Under the pieces are notes generated by a model. That model had not been told where the DNA came from. It saw nothing but the letters and a program-made list of their open reading frames with translations, and ran no database searches. Both the position numbers and the translations under genes were made by a program. This document shows positions 37,997 through 46,730 of a DNA stretch of 64,000 bases, one piece after another. Within the stretch, counting starts at the first letter, position 1, and each line of letters opens with the position of its first letter. This DNA comes from Spirochaetia bacterium (GTDB lineage: Bacteria > Spirochaetota > Leptospiria > Turneriellales > JAOUOS01), in contig JAOUOT010000002.1 in the NCBI GenBank assembly GCA_029880265.1, positions 117,353 to 181,352 of the forward strand. The letters run 5' to 3'.

Positions 37997-39274
37997 TTAA
38001 ATCAGCTCAAATACCGATATTTCAGGGGGGCAATTAACGCGAAAAGGCATCCAATGCCCCAACCCCTGGTTTACATAAAGATGAGTGCCGTTTTCAAAAT
38101 AATATCCCTTATAGTACCTGTAAAAATTACTGCCAAATGACAGCGGCGATTCTCTGTCTTTTGTAAAGCATACCTGCCCCCCATGGGTATGGCCCGCTAA
38201 AACAAGATCGATTTTTTCTTCTCTAAAAAAAACAAACTCGTCTGGATGATGATTCAATAAGATTACAGGATCTTGGGAATTTACCTTTTTTAGCGACTCA
38301 TAAAAGAATTTTTTGGCCATCTGCATTCTTTTTTCTCTTTGACGCCTGTAAAAAATAGGATAATCAAGCCCCAATAGATTTAATTTTCCGTTTCCTCTTT
38401 TGAGAAGCGAAACGTCATTTCTAATTACGTTAACATTTGCATTTGTAAGCGTATCAGACACAAGCTGCGGATTTACAAAAAAATCATGATTCCCTAAAAC
38501 GGCATGTATTCCCATGGGGATTGATTTCGATAATCGGTAAAAAAATTCCTGAGCTTCTTTGGCGTAATATAAATTATCTATAATATCTCCCGTAACGACC
38601 AGAATATCCGCTTTAATTTCATTAATGGCCTCTTCGGCAACTTTCAGATATTCGCCGTTTACAATACTGCCTATATGAATATCCGCAATTTGCGCAATTC
38701 GCAAACCCTGAAAATCTCTATGCAAATTGTCTATTTTAATTTTATTTTCAACAACTGTAAAATGCTCTTTATTAAGCATCATTGTTCCATAAGCGCCCGT
38801 TGTTATGACAAAAGGCATCAAGTCAAATGCCCAGTCGGCGCTTTTTTTGAAAAAAGCTTTTCTCGATAAGATTTTCTTTTTCTTTTCATTTTTTTCGACT
38901 ATTAAATTTTTTATATTTTGTCTATTATTGGTTTTTAATAAATTTTTATAATATGCATTTGCTTTAATATACAATTTTTTTAACACAAAATATAACGCAT
39001 ATACGGGAAAAGTAAAAGCCAATGTATATTGCCATGCTAAAACAAAATAATGAAAAGGCATAATATAAATTATATCAATATATGAGCCAACGTTTTTTTG
39101 CAATAAAATATAAATAAAGAAATATGACTGGGTTATGAGTATTATACTCCAGTATAATTTTACAAATAAACTATACCATTTTTTTTGATAGAATCTTGAC
39201 CGTATTCTTCTGAATAATATATATTCAAATAACAATATATATGCCGTTATGCCTAGCAGTATCAATTGAAACAT
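37997..39274 (-). CDS. membrane-anchored metallophosphoesterase (calcineurin-like)
   Basis: Four to five N-terminal TM segments are followed by the motifs QIADIHIG, TGDIID, GNHD and GHTHGGQ. Confidence 0.8.
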   Translation of the reverse strand: MFQLILLGITAYILLFEYILFRRIRSRFYQKKWYSLFVKLYWSIILITQSYFFIYILLQKNVGSYIDIIYIMPFHYFVLAWQYTLAFTFPVYALYFVLKKLYIKANAYYKNLLKTNNRQNIKNLIVEKNEKKKKILSRKAFFKKSADWAFDLMPFVITTGAYGTMMLNKEHFTVVENKIKIDNLHRDFQGLRIAQIADIHIGSIVNGEYLKVAEEAINEIKADILVVTGDIIDNLYYAKEAQEFFYRLSKSIPMGIHAVLGNHDFFVNPQLVSDTLTNANVNVIRNDVSLLKRGNGKLNLLGLDYPIFYRRQREKRMQMAKKFFYESLKKVNSQDPVILLNHHPDEFVFFREEKIDLVLAGHTHGGQVCFTKDRESPLSFGSNFYRYYKGYYFENGTHLYVNQGLGHWMPFRVNCPPEISVFELI

Positions 39275-39437
39275 GGGTTTTCTATATAGATTTTTTTATT
39301 TATATAGAAATATATATATGAATTTTAAGGCTTTGGCTTTTTTTTTATTAATCTTGACATATTTTTTTAAAAACGATTTTCAGTCATAAACGCTTAAAAA
39401 TACTGGAACTATAATGATTTTTACATAAGGATTCAAC

Positions 39438-39998
39438 ATGATAAATTCAAACCATATAAAAAGAGGGATGGCGCTAAAGATTGATCAGGATATTTTTCTG
39501 GTGCAAAGCTTTCAACATCACAAACCGGGCAAGGGAGCGGCCATCGTTCGTATAAAACTTAAAAGTCTTAGCAAGGGCACAACGCTTGAAAAGACTTATC
39601 GTTCAGGCGAATCAATCGAAGATATAGAGCTTGATAAGCGTACGGCTGTTTATTCTTATGAAGATACCGACAGCATAGTTTTTATGGATAACAATACCTA
39701 TGATCAAATCTCTGTACCCAAAGAAGATATCTCTGACATACTTCCCTTTATGAAAGAAGGTATGGAACTGACCATTTTGCTGTATGAAGAAAAACCCGTA
39801 AGTATATTGCCGCCAAACTTCATTGAACTCGAAGTTACCTACGCTGAAGAGGGCCTTAAAGGCGATACGGCCACTAACCCTACAAAAGAAGTAACGTTAG
39901 AAACCGGAGCCCATATACAGGTTCCTCTATTTGTAAAAAACGGAGATATTATTAAAATTGATCTGCGCGACTTTTCATACGTTGAAAGAGTCAATTAA
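39438..39998 (+). CDS. efp: translation elongation factor P
   Basis: 186 aa. The signature reads FQHHKPGKGAAIVRIKLKSLSKG..EKTYRSGE. The loop carrying the modified residue is KPGKG. The three-domain length fits. Confidence 0.95.
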   Translation: MINSNHIKRGMALKIDQDIFLVQSFQHHKPGKGAAIVRIKLKSLSKGTTLEKTYRSGESIEDIELDKRTAVYSYEDTDSIVFMDNNTYDQISVPKEDISDILPFMKEGMELTILLYEEKPVSILPPNFIELEVTYAEEGLKGDTATNPTKEVTLETGAHIQVPLFVKNGDIIKIDLRDFSYVERVN

Positions 39999-40007
39999 TT
40001 CTCAAAA

Positions 40008-41276
40008 GTGACGGAAAATAAAAATTCAATTTTAAGAATTTATAATTTTATCAGAGAAGGAAGTTTTAAAGAAGCTTCTGACGAAGCTTTTGAAATTATA
40101 AAAAACGACGGTAATAACTTTTGGGCCTTATTTTTAGGTTCCGTTGCTTATGGTTTTCTCGATAACAGAAAATATTTTCTAGAATATCTTGAAAAAGCAA
40201 AAGAGCTCGACCCTGAATCTCCATATCTTTGGTATTTAATGGCATATAGCGCCCTTTGGGAAGAAGATCTGGAAAAAGCTTTATGGTTTTGGACAAAGAT
40301 TACCGAAACCAGCGAAGGATGGCTCGCTAAAGAACTCATAGAAAAAGCCCGAAAAAGAAACTCTCTTGTTAAAATGGCAAACGAGGGGCAGATTTCTAAT
40401 TTTTTTATTTTGCCCGATTTCTTTAATGAAATAAAACCTCCCGATGAATCTCAAGAAAATGCTAAGCAAAAAAAAGTTACTATTCAATCAAAAAAGAAAA
40501 CAAGAAGAATAAATACTTCAACTCTAGATACTAAAAAATTAAAGCTGAAAATAAACCAGTATCAGAAAACAATCTTTATTGTATCGTTTAGCGCATTGTT
40601 TTTTTTATTGGTTTTTATTTTTAATGATAACATCATTAATTTATTCAATAACCAGCCTACCGACATACAATCTAAAGACGATAACCGCTGGATGAAATTA
40701 TCTATCGAATCAGACGCTTCTTTAAGCGGTTCTTCAGTAAATCCCCACCCTTTATATATATATCAAAACAGCGAAAATTTAGTTGGAGACTTTAACCGCG
40801 CAAAACAATTTCTTCTGGAAAAAAAAATTAATCAAACAAGATATTATCTTCAAAGAATTTTAAATTCAAACGCAGATTTTAAAACGAAAGAAAAGTCTAA
40901 AATATTTTTAAAATTTATTCCTGAGGTTGATTATGAAGACTTTGAAGATCTTTTGTTTGTCAGCGAGATAAGAAAAGAGCCCGAATTTTTCTACGACTGC
41001 CTTGTTTTATGGGAAGGACGTCTTGTTCGCTTAAAAGACGTCGAAAACGGAAAAGAGATAAGAATGCTTATCAATGAAAAAAATGTCGAATATCTTGTAG
41101 AAGGATTTTTGCGCACAGACGAAAAAAAACCGACATGGCTTTCACATGAAGAATTTAAGAGAAAAAAATATGACATCTCTACGGGCTCTCAAAAAGCCAT
41201 TGTCTACGGTAAATTCAAGGGTCTCTTGGGGGCCGAAAAAACGGTTTATTTAGAAATTATTTCTTTTTGGAACTAG
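40008..41276 (+). CDS. hypothetical TPR-like / single-TM protein
   Basis: 422-aa ORF with a GTG start. The N-terminus is TPR-like (FWALFLGSVAYGFLDNRKYFLEYLEKAKELDPESPYLWYLMAYSAL), and a central TM is present (IFIVSFSALFFLLVFIF). No family recognised. Confidence 0.45.
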   Translation: MTENKNSILRIYNFIREGSFKEASDEAFEIIKNDGNNFWALFLGSVAYGFLDNRKYFLEYLEKAKELDPESPYLWYLMAYSALWEEDLEKALWFWTKITETSEGWLAKELIEKARKRNSLVKMANEGQISNFFILPDFFNEIKPPDESQENAKQKKVTIQSKKKTRRINTSTLDTKKLKLKINQYQKTIFIVSFSALFFLLVFIFNDNIINLFNNQPTDIQSKDDNRWMKLSIESDASLSGSSVNPHPLYIYQNSENLVGDFNRAKQFLLEKKINQTRYYLQRILNSNADFKTKEKSKIFLKFIPEVDYEDFEDLLFVSEIRKEPEFFYDCLVLWEGRLVRLKDVENGKEIRMLINEKNVEYLVEGFLRTDEKKPTWLSHEEFKRKKYDISTGSQKAIVYGKFKGLLGAEKTVYLEIISFWN

Positions 41277-41279
41277 TAT

Positions 41280-42470
41280 TTATTTGACAAATTCAGATAT
41301 CTTTTCTAAAGCAATTTCTATTTCTTTAAGACTTGTCGCGTAGGAACAGCGAATAAACCCCTCGCCTTCTTGCCCAAACGCGGTTCCCGGAACTACGGCT
41401 ACATTTTTTTTATCAAGAAGAGTTTTGGCAAACTCCATAGACGTTAAGTTTGTTTTTTCAATATTGGGAAAAACGTAAAAGGCACCGGCGGGCATATTGC
41501 ATGAAAGCCCCATGCTGTTAAAACCCTTTACAATTAAATCTCTGCGTTTAATATAAGCCTCTTTCATATTATCGCGATCTTCAATTCCGTTTTTTAGAGC
41601 GGCTTCGGCGGCAATTTGGCCAAGCGTCGGCGCGCATAACATAGAATATTGATGAATTTTTAACATAGCTTTTATCCATTCGGTTGGTCCGCAGGCGTAA
41701 CCGATTCTCCATCCGGTCATCGCAAAGCCCTTTGAAAACCCCCCTAATAAAACCGTTCTTTCTTTCATGCCGTTAAAGGCAGAAATCGGTATGTGTTGAA
41801 ATTCATATGATAATTCTGCGTATATTTCGTCAGAAATTACAAGCAGATCATTTTCAATGGCAAAATCGCTTATTTCTTGCAGTTGTTTATGATTAAAACT
41901 CGCGCCGGTCGGGTTAGCCGGATAGTTTAGAAATAAAATTTTTGTATTTTCTTTCATCTGTTTTTCTAATGACTTCGCGTTCATTAAAAAATTATCCTGC
42001 GCCGATGTCGATACTGGCTGCGGCTCGCCCCCCGATAAAAGAATCATAGGATCATACGATACGTAGCTTGGTTTTGCGAATAAAACTCCGTCAGATTGAT
42101 TTATAACCGATCGTAGAGCCAAATCTACCGCTTGAGAAACTCCTACCGTAACAATAATTTCTTCGTTTGGATCATAATAAACATTATACTCTTTTTGAAG
42201 ATACCTGCTGATTTCTTTTCTTAGACTAAGCAGACCCTGGTTACCCGTATAGTGAGTATAGCCTTCTCTTAATGCCTCAATTCCGCTTTCTATTACAGCC
42301 TGCGGACTTACAAAATCAGGCTCTCCCACGCCTAAAGAGATACAGTCTTTTCGATGAGCGACAACGTCAAAAAACTCTCTAATACCAGATGGTTTTAGCT
42401 CTCTTACTTTATGATTTAATCTTAAAGAAATATCTTTTTGATTTTTAATATTTGCGGTTTTCTCATTCAT
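41280..42470 (-). CDS. class I/II pyridoxal-phosphate-dependent aminotransferase (aspartate aminotransferase-like)
   Basis: 396 aa. NYPANPTG and the PLP-Lys region GGFSKGFAMTGWRIGY are present. The gene overlaps the pgk stop by 8 nt. Confidence 0.85.
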   Translation of the reverse strand: MNEKTANIKNQKDISLRLNHKVRELKPSGIREFFDVVAHRKDCISLGVGEPDFVSPQAVIESGIEALREGYTHYTGNQGLLSLRKEISRYLQKEYNVYYDPNEEIIVTVGVSQAVDLALRSVINQSDGVLFAKPSYVSYDPMILLSGGEPQPVSTSAQDNFLMNAKSLEKQMKENTKILFLNYPANPTGASFNHKQLQEISDFAIENDLLVISDEIYAELSYEFQHIPISAFNGMKERTVLLGGFSKGFAMTGWRIGYACGPTEWIKAMLKIHQYSMLCAPTLGQIAAEAALKNGIEDRDNMKEAYIKRRDLIVKGFNSMGLSCNMPAGAFYVFPNIEKTNLTSMEFAKTLLDKKNVAVVPGTAFGQEGEGFIRCSYATSLKEIEIALEKISEFVK

Positions 42471-43695
42471 CTTCTTCTGACAATAAGACTTGTATTCCCG
42501 GTAGTTTTTTGCCTTCTATATATTCAAGCATAGCGCCGCCGCCTGTTGAAAGATGAGTTATTTTTTCTTCAATTCCGGCTTTTTTTACCGCATAATACGA
42601 ATCTCCGCCGCCTGCAACAGATAAGGCCTTTGACTTTGAAATTGCCTTGGCTATAGACATGGTACCTTTAGAAAAAGCGTTCATTTCAAAAACGCCCATA
42701 GGTCCGTTCCATAAAATTGTTTTAGCGTCTTTAATATATTTTTCATATTTATCGATCGTCTTAGAGCCTATATCCATCCCCATCCATCCGGGCGGAATTT
42801 CTCTGCCCGCTTTTTTTACTTTTGCATTTTCAGAAAACTCGTCGGCAATAATATGGTCTTCAGGAAGCAAAAATTTACATCCGTTATAATCTGCCTTATC
42901 GACAATTTGAAAAGCGTTGCTTAAATATTCTTTTTCAATCAAAGAAGAACCTACCTCTAGGGCCCTTGCTTTTAAGATCGTATATGCCATCGCGCCCCCT
43001 ACCAGTATGGTATCAACTTTTGTCGCCAAGGTTTCCAGAACTTTAATCTTTGTTGAAACTTTTGAACCGCCAATGATGACAACAAAAGGTCTCTCGGGTT
43101 TTTTAAGAATTCTTTCAAGCATTTCGACTTCTTTGCCAAGCAAAAAGCCGGCGTAATGCGGCAAAAGTTCGGCCAATTCAACAATAGAAGCATGCTCTCT
43201 ATGACAGCATCCAAAAGCGTCGTCGACGTATATATCGGCTAAGACAGCCAGTTTCTTGGCCAACTTTTGCCTTTCATTTTTTTCTTTAGAAGTTTCTTCA
43301 GGATAAAATCTTATATTTTCGAGAAGCATTATTTCGCCCGGCTGCAAATTTGACGCCATCTTTTCGGCTTTTTCTCCGATGGCTTCTTCGCAAAACTGTA
43401 TTTCTCGATTTGTATATTTTTTGAGAACCGGTATGATTTTTTCAAGAGAATCTGCCTGGTTTCTGGCTCCTTTGGGTCTTCCCATATGAGAAATCAGTAT
43501 AACAGAAGCGTTATTATTAATTAAATATTCTATAGTCGGAACAGTTTTTTTAATTCTGGTTTCATCGGTAATTTCGCCCGTTTTTTTATCAAGCGGAACG
43601 TTAAAATCGGCTCTTAATATAATTTTCTTGCCGCTTATTTCGGCGTTTTTTATTTCTGAAAGGTTTACCTGCATTGAAGTTAATTCCGAAAACAA
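42463..43695 (-). CDS. pgk: phosphoglycerate kinase
   Basis: 410 aa. It carries RADFNVPL, SHMGRPKG, the GGAMAYT-type region and STGGGAMLEY. Confidence 0.95.
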   Translation of the reverse strand: MFSELTSMQVNLSEIKNAEISGKKIILRADFNVPLDKKTGEITDETRIKKTVPTIEYLINNNASVILISHMGRPKGARNQADSLEKIIPVLKKYTNREIQFCEEAIGEKAEKMASNLQPGEIMLLENIRFYPEETSKEKNERQKLAKKLAVLADIYVDDAFGCCHREHASIVELAELLPHYAGFLLGKEVEMLERILKKPERPFVVIIGGSKVSTKIKVLETLATKVDTILVGGAMAYTILKARALEVGSSLIEKEYLSNAFQIVDKADYNGCKFLLPEDHIIADEFSENAKVKKAGREIPPGWMGMDIGSKTIDKYEKYIKDAKTILWNGPMGVFEMNAFSKGTMSIAKAISKSKALSVAGGGDSYYAVKKAGIEEKITHLSTGGGAMLEYIEGKKLPGIQVLLSEEDE

Positions 43696-43737
43696 TGGCG
43701 CGTGGTAAACAATTTTTTAAGATTATTTTAGAAATAA

Positions 43738-45606
43738 TTAAATTTCAATCGCTTCTGAAGCCTGATCTATGATGCTTTTTTCCCGCTCATATCTTACAAG
43801 CTCATTATTGAGATCTTTTATAATATTAAAAAATCTGTTTTTCAACTCTTCGTTATCGCATTTAATTTGAAACGGATTTTCTTTCCATCTTTTTATTTTT
43901 AACTGTTCGCTGGCATAAATTGGCCTTAATATTTTTTCTAACTCTGGCCTGCTCATAAACTTTCCCTGACCTAAAAAGTTAAAATTGATTTTATCGTTTA
44001 TATCTTTTTTATGCTCGTATATCCAGAGTTTTTCAAGCTGTATGAGCATTGAACTAATTTGGTCGTCTTCTAAATTGCCGCCTATTTCAATATTTATTTT
44101 TCCTTTTTCAAGCCCTAAGCTAAAACCGCTTATATTTAATGCGTCTTCTTTTTCTTCTTCTATCCATTTTTCGCGCTCTTTATCGCTCATTGGTTCTTTA
44201 GCCTTAATTTTTTTAATAGACTGGCTTTTGATAGCGTTTTTTAATGAAATATCAAAGTTTTCGGTTTCATCGTAAGCCACGATGGTATGTATTCCCAGGC
44301 GCTCTAAAGCTATAATTGATTCAGGTTTAACGTCTTTTGCGATTGGTATAATTAAATCTTTTCTGTGACCTACTTTTTCGAGTATTTGCTGTACTTTTGA
44401 AATTTCAGACATTTGAGCCGTAGGGCCTATGACCATATTATCAAATTCTACCTGAGCCTCTCTTTCAAGCTGAATTTCATCGGCCACTACGGTAATTTCT
44501 TTTACGCCCATTCTTCGAAGTCTTAATTTTAAATCAGATTTAACTTCTTCTGATTTTTCAAAAACCAGAACCCTTTTACTCATGCTTAATTTTTCGGGTT
44601 GAAATTTATACAACGTTAAGGGCCTTTTTTTTCCCTTGACCTTCATCGTATCTACTTGTTCAAATAACATCCCAAGCTGACCTATGTTAGACATGCATCC
44701 TGCTGAAATCCATACTTCATTGGGAGACGTTAATGATTGTATTCTTGAGGCGATATTTACGTTATCTCCGATAACCGTAAAATCTTTTCTGGTTGACGCT
44801 CCTAGCTCGCCGATTATCACCCAGCCGCTGTTTATTCCTACATGCAATGAAAGCTCTTCGGAATATTTTTTCTTTAGCTGCGCGTTAACAATGGGCAGAT
44901 CTTTTAGTATAATATCGGTCATACAGCGAACGGCGTTTTCAGTATTTGAAAATACGATAAGCATAGCGTCGCCTATAAACTTGTCTATATCTCCTTCAAA
45001 TATCTTAATCGTATGATGCACCTTTTGATAAAAATCATTTAAGATGTTTATCACAGTTAAGGGCTCATATTTTTCTGACATTGACGTAAAGCCCACAATG
45101 TCAAGAAACGCGATTGTTCGATATCTCTTGATGGCTATTGAGTCTTCGCGTTTTGCCGCCTTGCCCTCAATATATTCTAACGCGCCGAGAGATAAAAATT
45201 GCGACATTACGCCCTGCATTTGTGTTTTTTGTATTCTTTTATTTATTACGTCGCCCGTAATATACGTTTCTGATGTCCCGATTATTGTATTATTTTTATC
45301 TAGAATAGGCGACACCACGCAATCAACGGGAATTTTAGATCCGAAACCCCTGTTAATATATAAGGTATAGTTTAATTCTTTGCCGCTTTGCATCGCTATA
45401 GTTACCGGCAATTTTCTAATATCTCTCATATTTTCAGGAATATGAGGAAACACCATATTCGAGTAAGATTTTCCTCTTAGGTCTGCGTGTGAAACGCCAA
45501 AAATATGACTCGCTTTGTAATTAATATAAACGATATTTTGATTTCTATCTAAAATGCATACGCCAGAATTTAACTGGTTTAAAATTTCTACTGCTGAAAA
45601 TGACAT
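43738..45606 (-). CDS. PAS-sensor class III adenylate/guanylate cyclase with a long C-terminal extension
   Basis: The N-terminus is PAS-like (GVCILDRNQNIVYINYKASHIFGV). The cyclase core is RTIAFLDIVGFTSMSE...DKFIGDAMLIVF...LHVGINSGWVIIGELG...FTVIGDNVNIASRIQS. About 280 further aa include a receiver-like stretch. Confidence 0.85.
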   Translation of the reverse strand: MSFSAVEILNQLNSGVCILDRNQNIVYINYKASHIFGVSHADLRGKSYSNMVFPHIPENMRDIRKLPVTIAMQSGKELNYTLYINRGFGSKIPVDCVVSPILDKNNTIIGTSETYITGDVINKRIQKTQMQGVMSQFLSLGALEYIEGKAAKREDSIAIKRYRTIAFLDIVGFTSMSEKYEPLTVINILNDFYQKVHHTIKIFEGDIDKFIGDAMLIVFSNTENAVRCMTDIILKDLPIVNAQLKKKYSEELSLHVGINSGWVIIGELGASTRKDFTVIGDNVNIASRIQSLTSPNEVWISAGCMSNIGQLGMLFEQVDTMKVKGKKRPLTLYKFQPEKLSMSKRVLVFEKSEEVKSDLKLRLRRMGVKEITVVADEIQLEREAQVEFDNMVIGPTAQMSEISKVQQILEKVGHRKDLIIPIAKDVKPESIIALERLGIHTIVAYDETENFDISLKNAIKSQSIKKIKAKEPMSDKEREKWIEEEKEDALNISGFSLGLEKGKINIEIGGNLEDDQISSMLIQLEKLWIYEHKKDINDKINFNFLGQGKFMSRPELEKILRPIYASEQLKIKRWKENPFQIKCDNEELKNRFFNIIKDLNNELVRYEREKSIIDQASEAIEI

Positions 45607-45865
45607 AATATTTCATATATCTCCCCACGGTTTTTTTGTTTTTATTGAAGAGTATTTTCAAAAGCATTTTCATTTTTCTTTTTCTATTATATGTTTACTC
45701 TTTTATTTATCAAATTTGACGTAATTTTTTATTAAAGTAAAACATACTTTTTATTTCTAACAACGAAATATATATCCCTAATATTCTGTAAAGACTTATT
45801 ATAAAATTAAACGCATTTTCAAGAAAACTTGCTTTTATTTTCGCCTGTTTAGCCGAAATTATATT

Positions 45866-46717
45866 GTGGATATGTTTCTTTTCGTAATTTTTCTTGGTAT
45901 ATTGCAGGGCATTACAGAATTTCTGCCGATTTCAAGCAGCGGTCATCTTGCTTTTACGCAAAACATACCGATGTTCTCAGAATTTTCTGATAAATTAAAA
46001 GAACAGACTTCGCTTTTGGGGTTTAATGTTATTTTACATTTAGGAACGATTGCGGCCGTAATTTATTTTTGGCGCAAAGATATTTTTAACATAATTCAAA
46101 GTTTCTTTCAAAATCTTAAAGAGAAAAATTATTCAGGAAACGGAATAAAACTAGTAGTTCTTATCATTTTTGCTACTATACCGGTTTTTTCCGTTCCATT
46201 TTATAAAGATTTCGTTGAAGAAACATCTGAAAGCCTGCAATTAGTATCTCTATTTTTTATTTTAAACGGTATCTTTCTAATTATTTCTGATGTTTTTATT
46301 ATTCAAAAAAAACGTCATCATATTCGCTTAAAGTCGCTTTTAGAATATAAGCCATTAGCCGCCTTTATTGTCGGAATTTTTCAATGCTTTGCCGTATTGC
46401 CGGGAATATCGAGATCGGGCAGCACCATTTCTGCCGGTCTTTTTACAAAACTTTCAGGCGAAGAAAGCGTTCGATTTAGTTTTTTAATTTCTATTCCCGT
46501 ATTAACGGGAGCCGCTTTTTTAGAAGGGAAAACAGCTTTTTTAAATTCATCGGGCGTTGCCCTGCGTTTTGACTGGGCATTAATCGGAATGCTATCTTCG
46601 TTTATAGCCGGATTTTTCTCATTAAAGCTTTTAGTATGGCTCGGCAGAAAATTATTATTTTATCCTTTTGGTATATATACGCTGCTTTTAGGAATTGGCG
46701 GTTTAGTTTTTATTTAA
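45866..46717 (+). CDS. uppP: undecaprenyl-diphosphate phosphatase
   Basis: 283 aa and polytopic. The BacA/UppP motifs EFLPISSSGHL and PGISRSGSTI are present. The start is GTG, with an alternative ATG 2 codons later. Confidence 0.9.
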   Translation: MDMFLFVIFLGILQGITEFLPISSSGHLAFTQNIPMFSEFSDKLKEQTSLLGFNVILHLGTIAAVIYFWRKDIFNIIQSFFQNLKEKNYSGNGIKLVVLIIFATIPVFSVPFYKDFVEETSESLQLVSLFFILNGIFLIISDVFIIQKKRHHIRLKSLLEYKPLAAFIVGIFQCFAVLPGISRSGSTISAGLFTKLSGEESVRFSFLISIPVLTGAAFLEGKTAFLNSSGVALRFDWALIGMLSSFIAGFFSLKLLVWLGRKLLFYPFGIYTLLLGIGGLVFI

Positions 46718-46730
46718 CTAGGAGAAAAAC

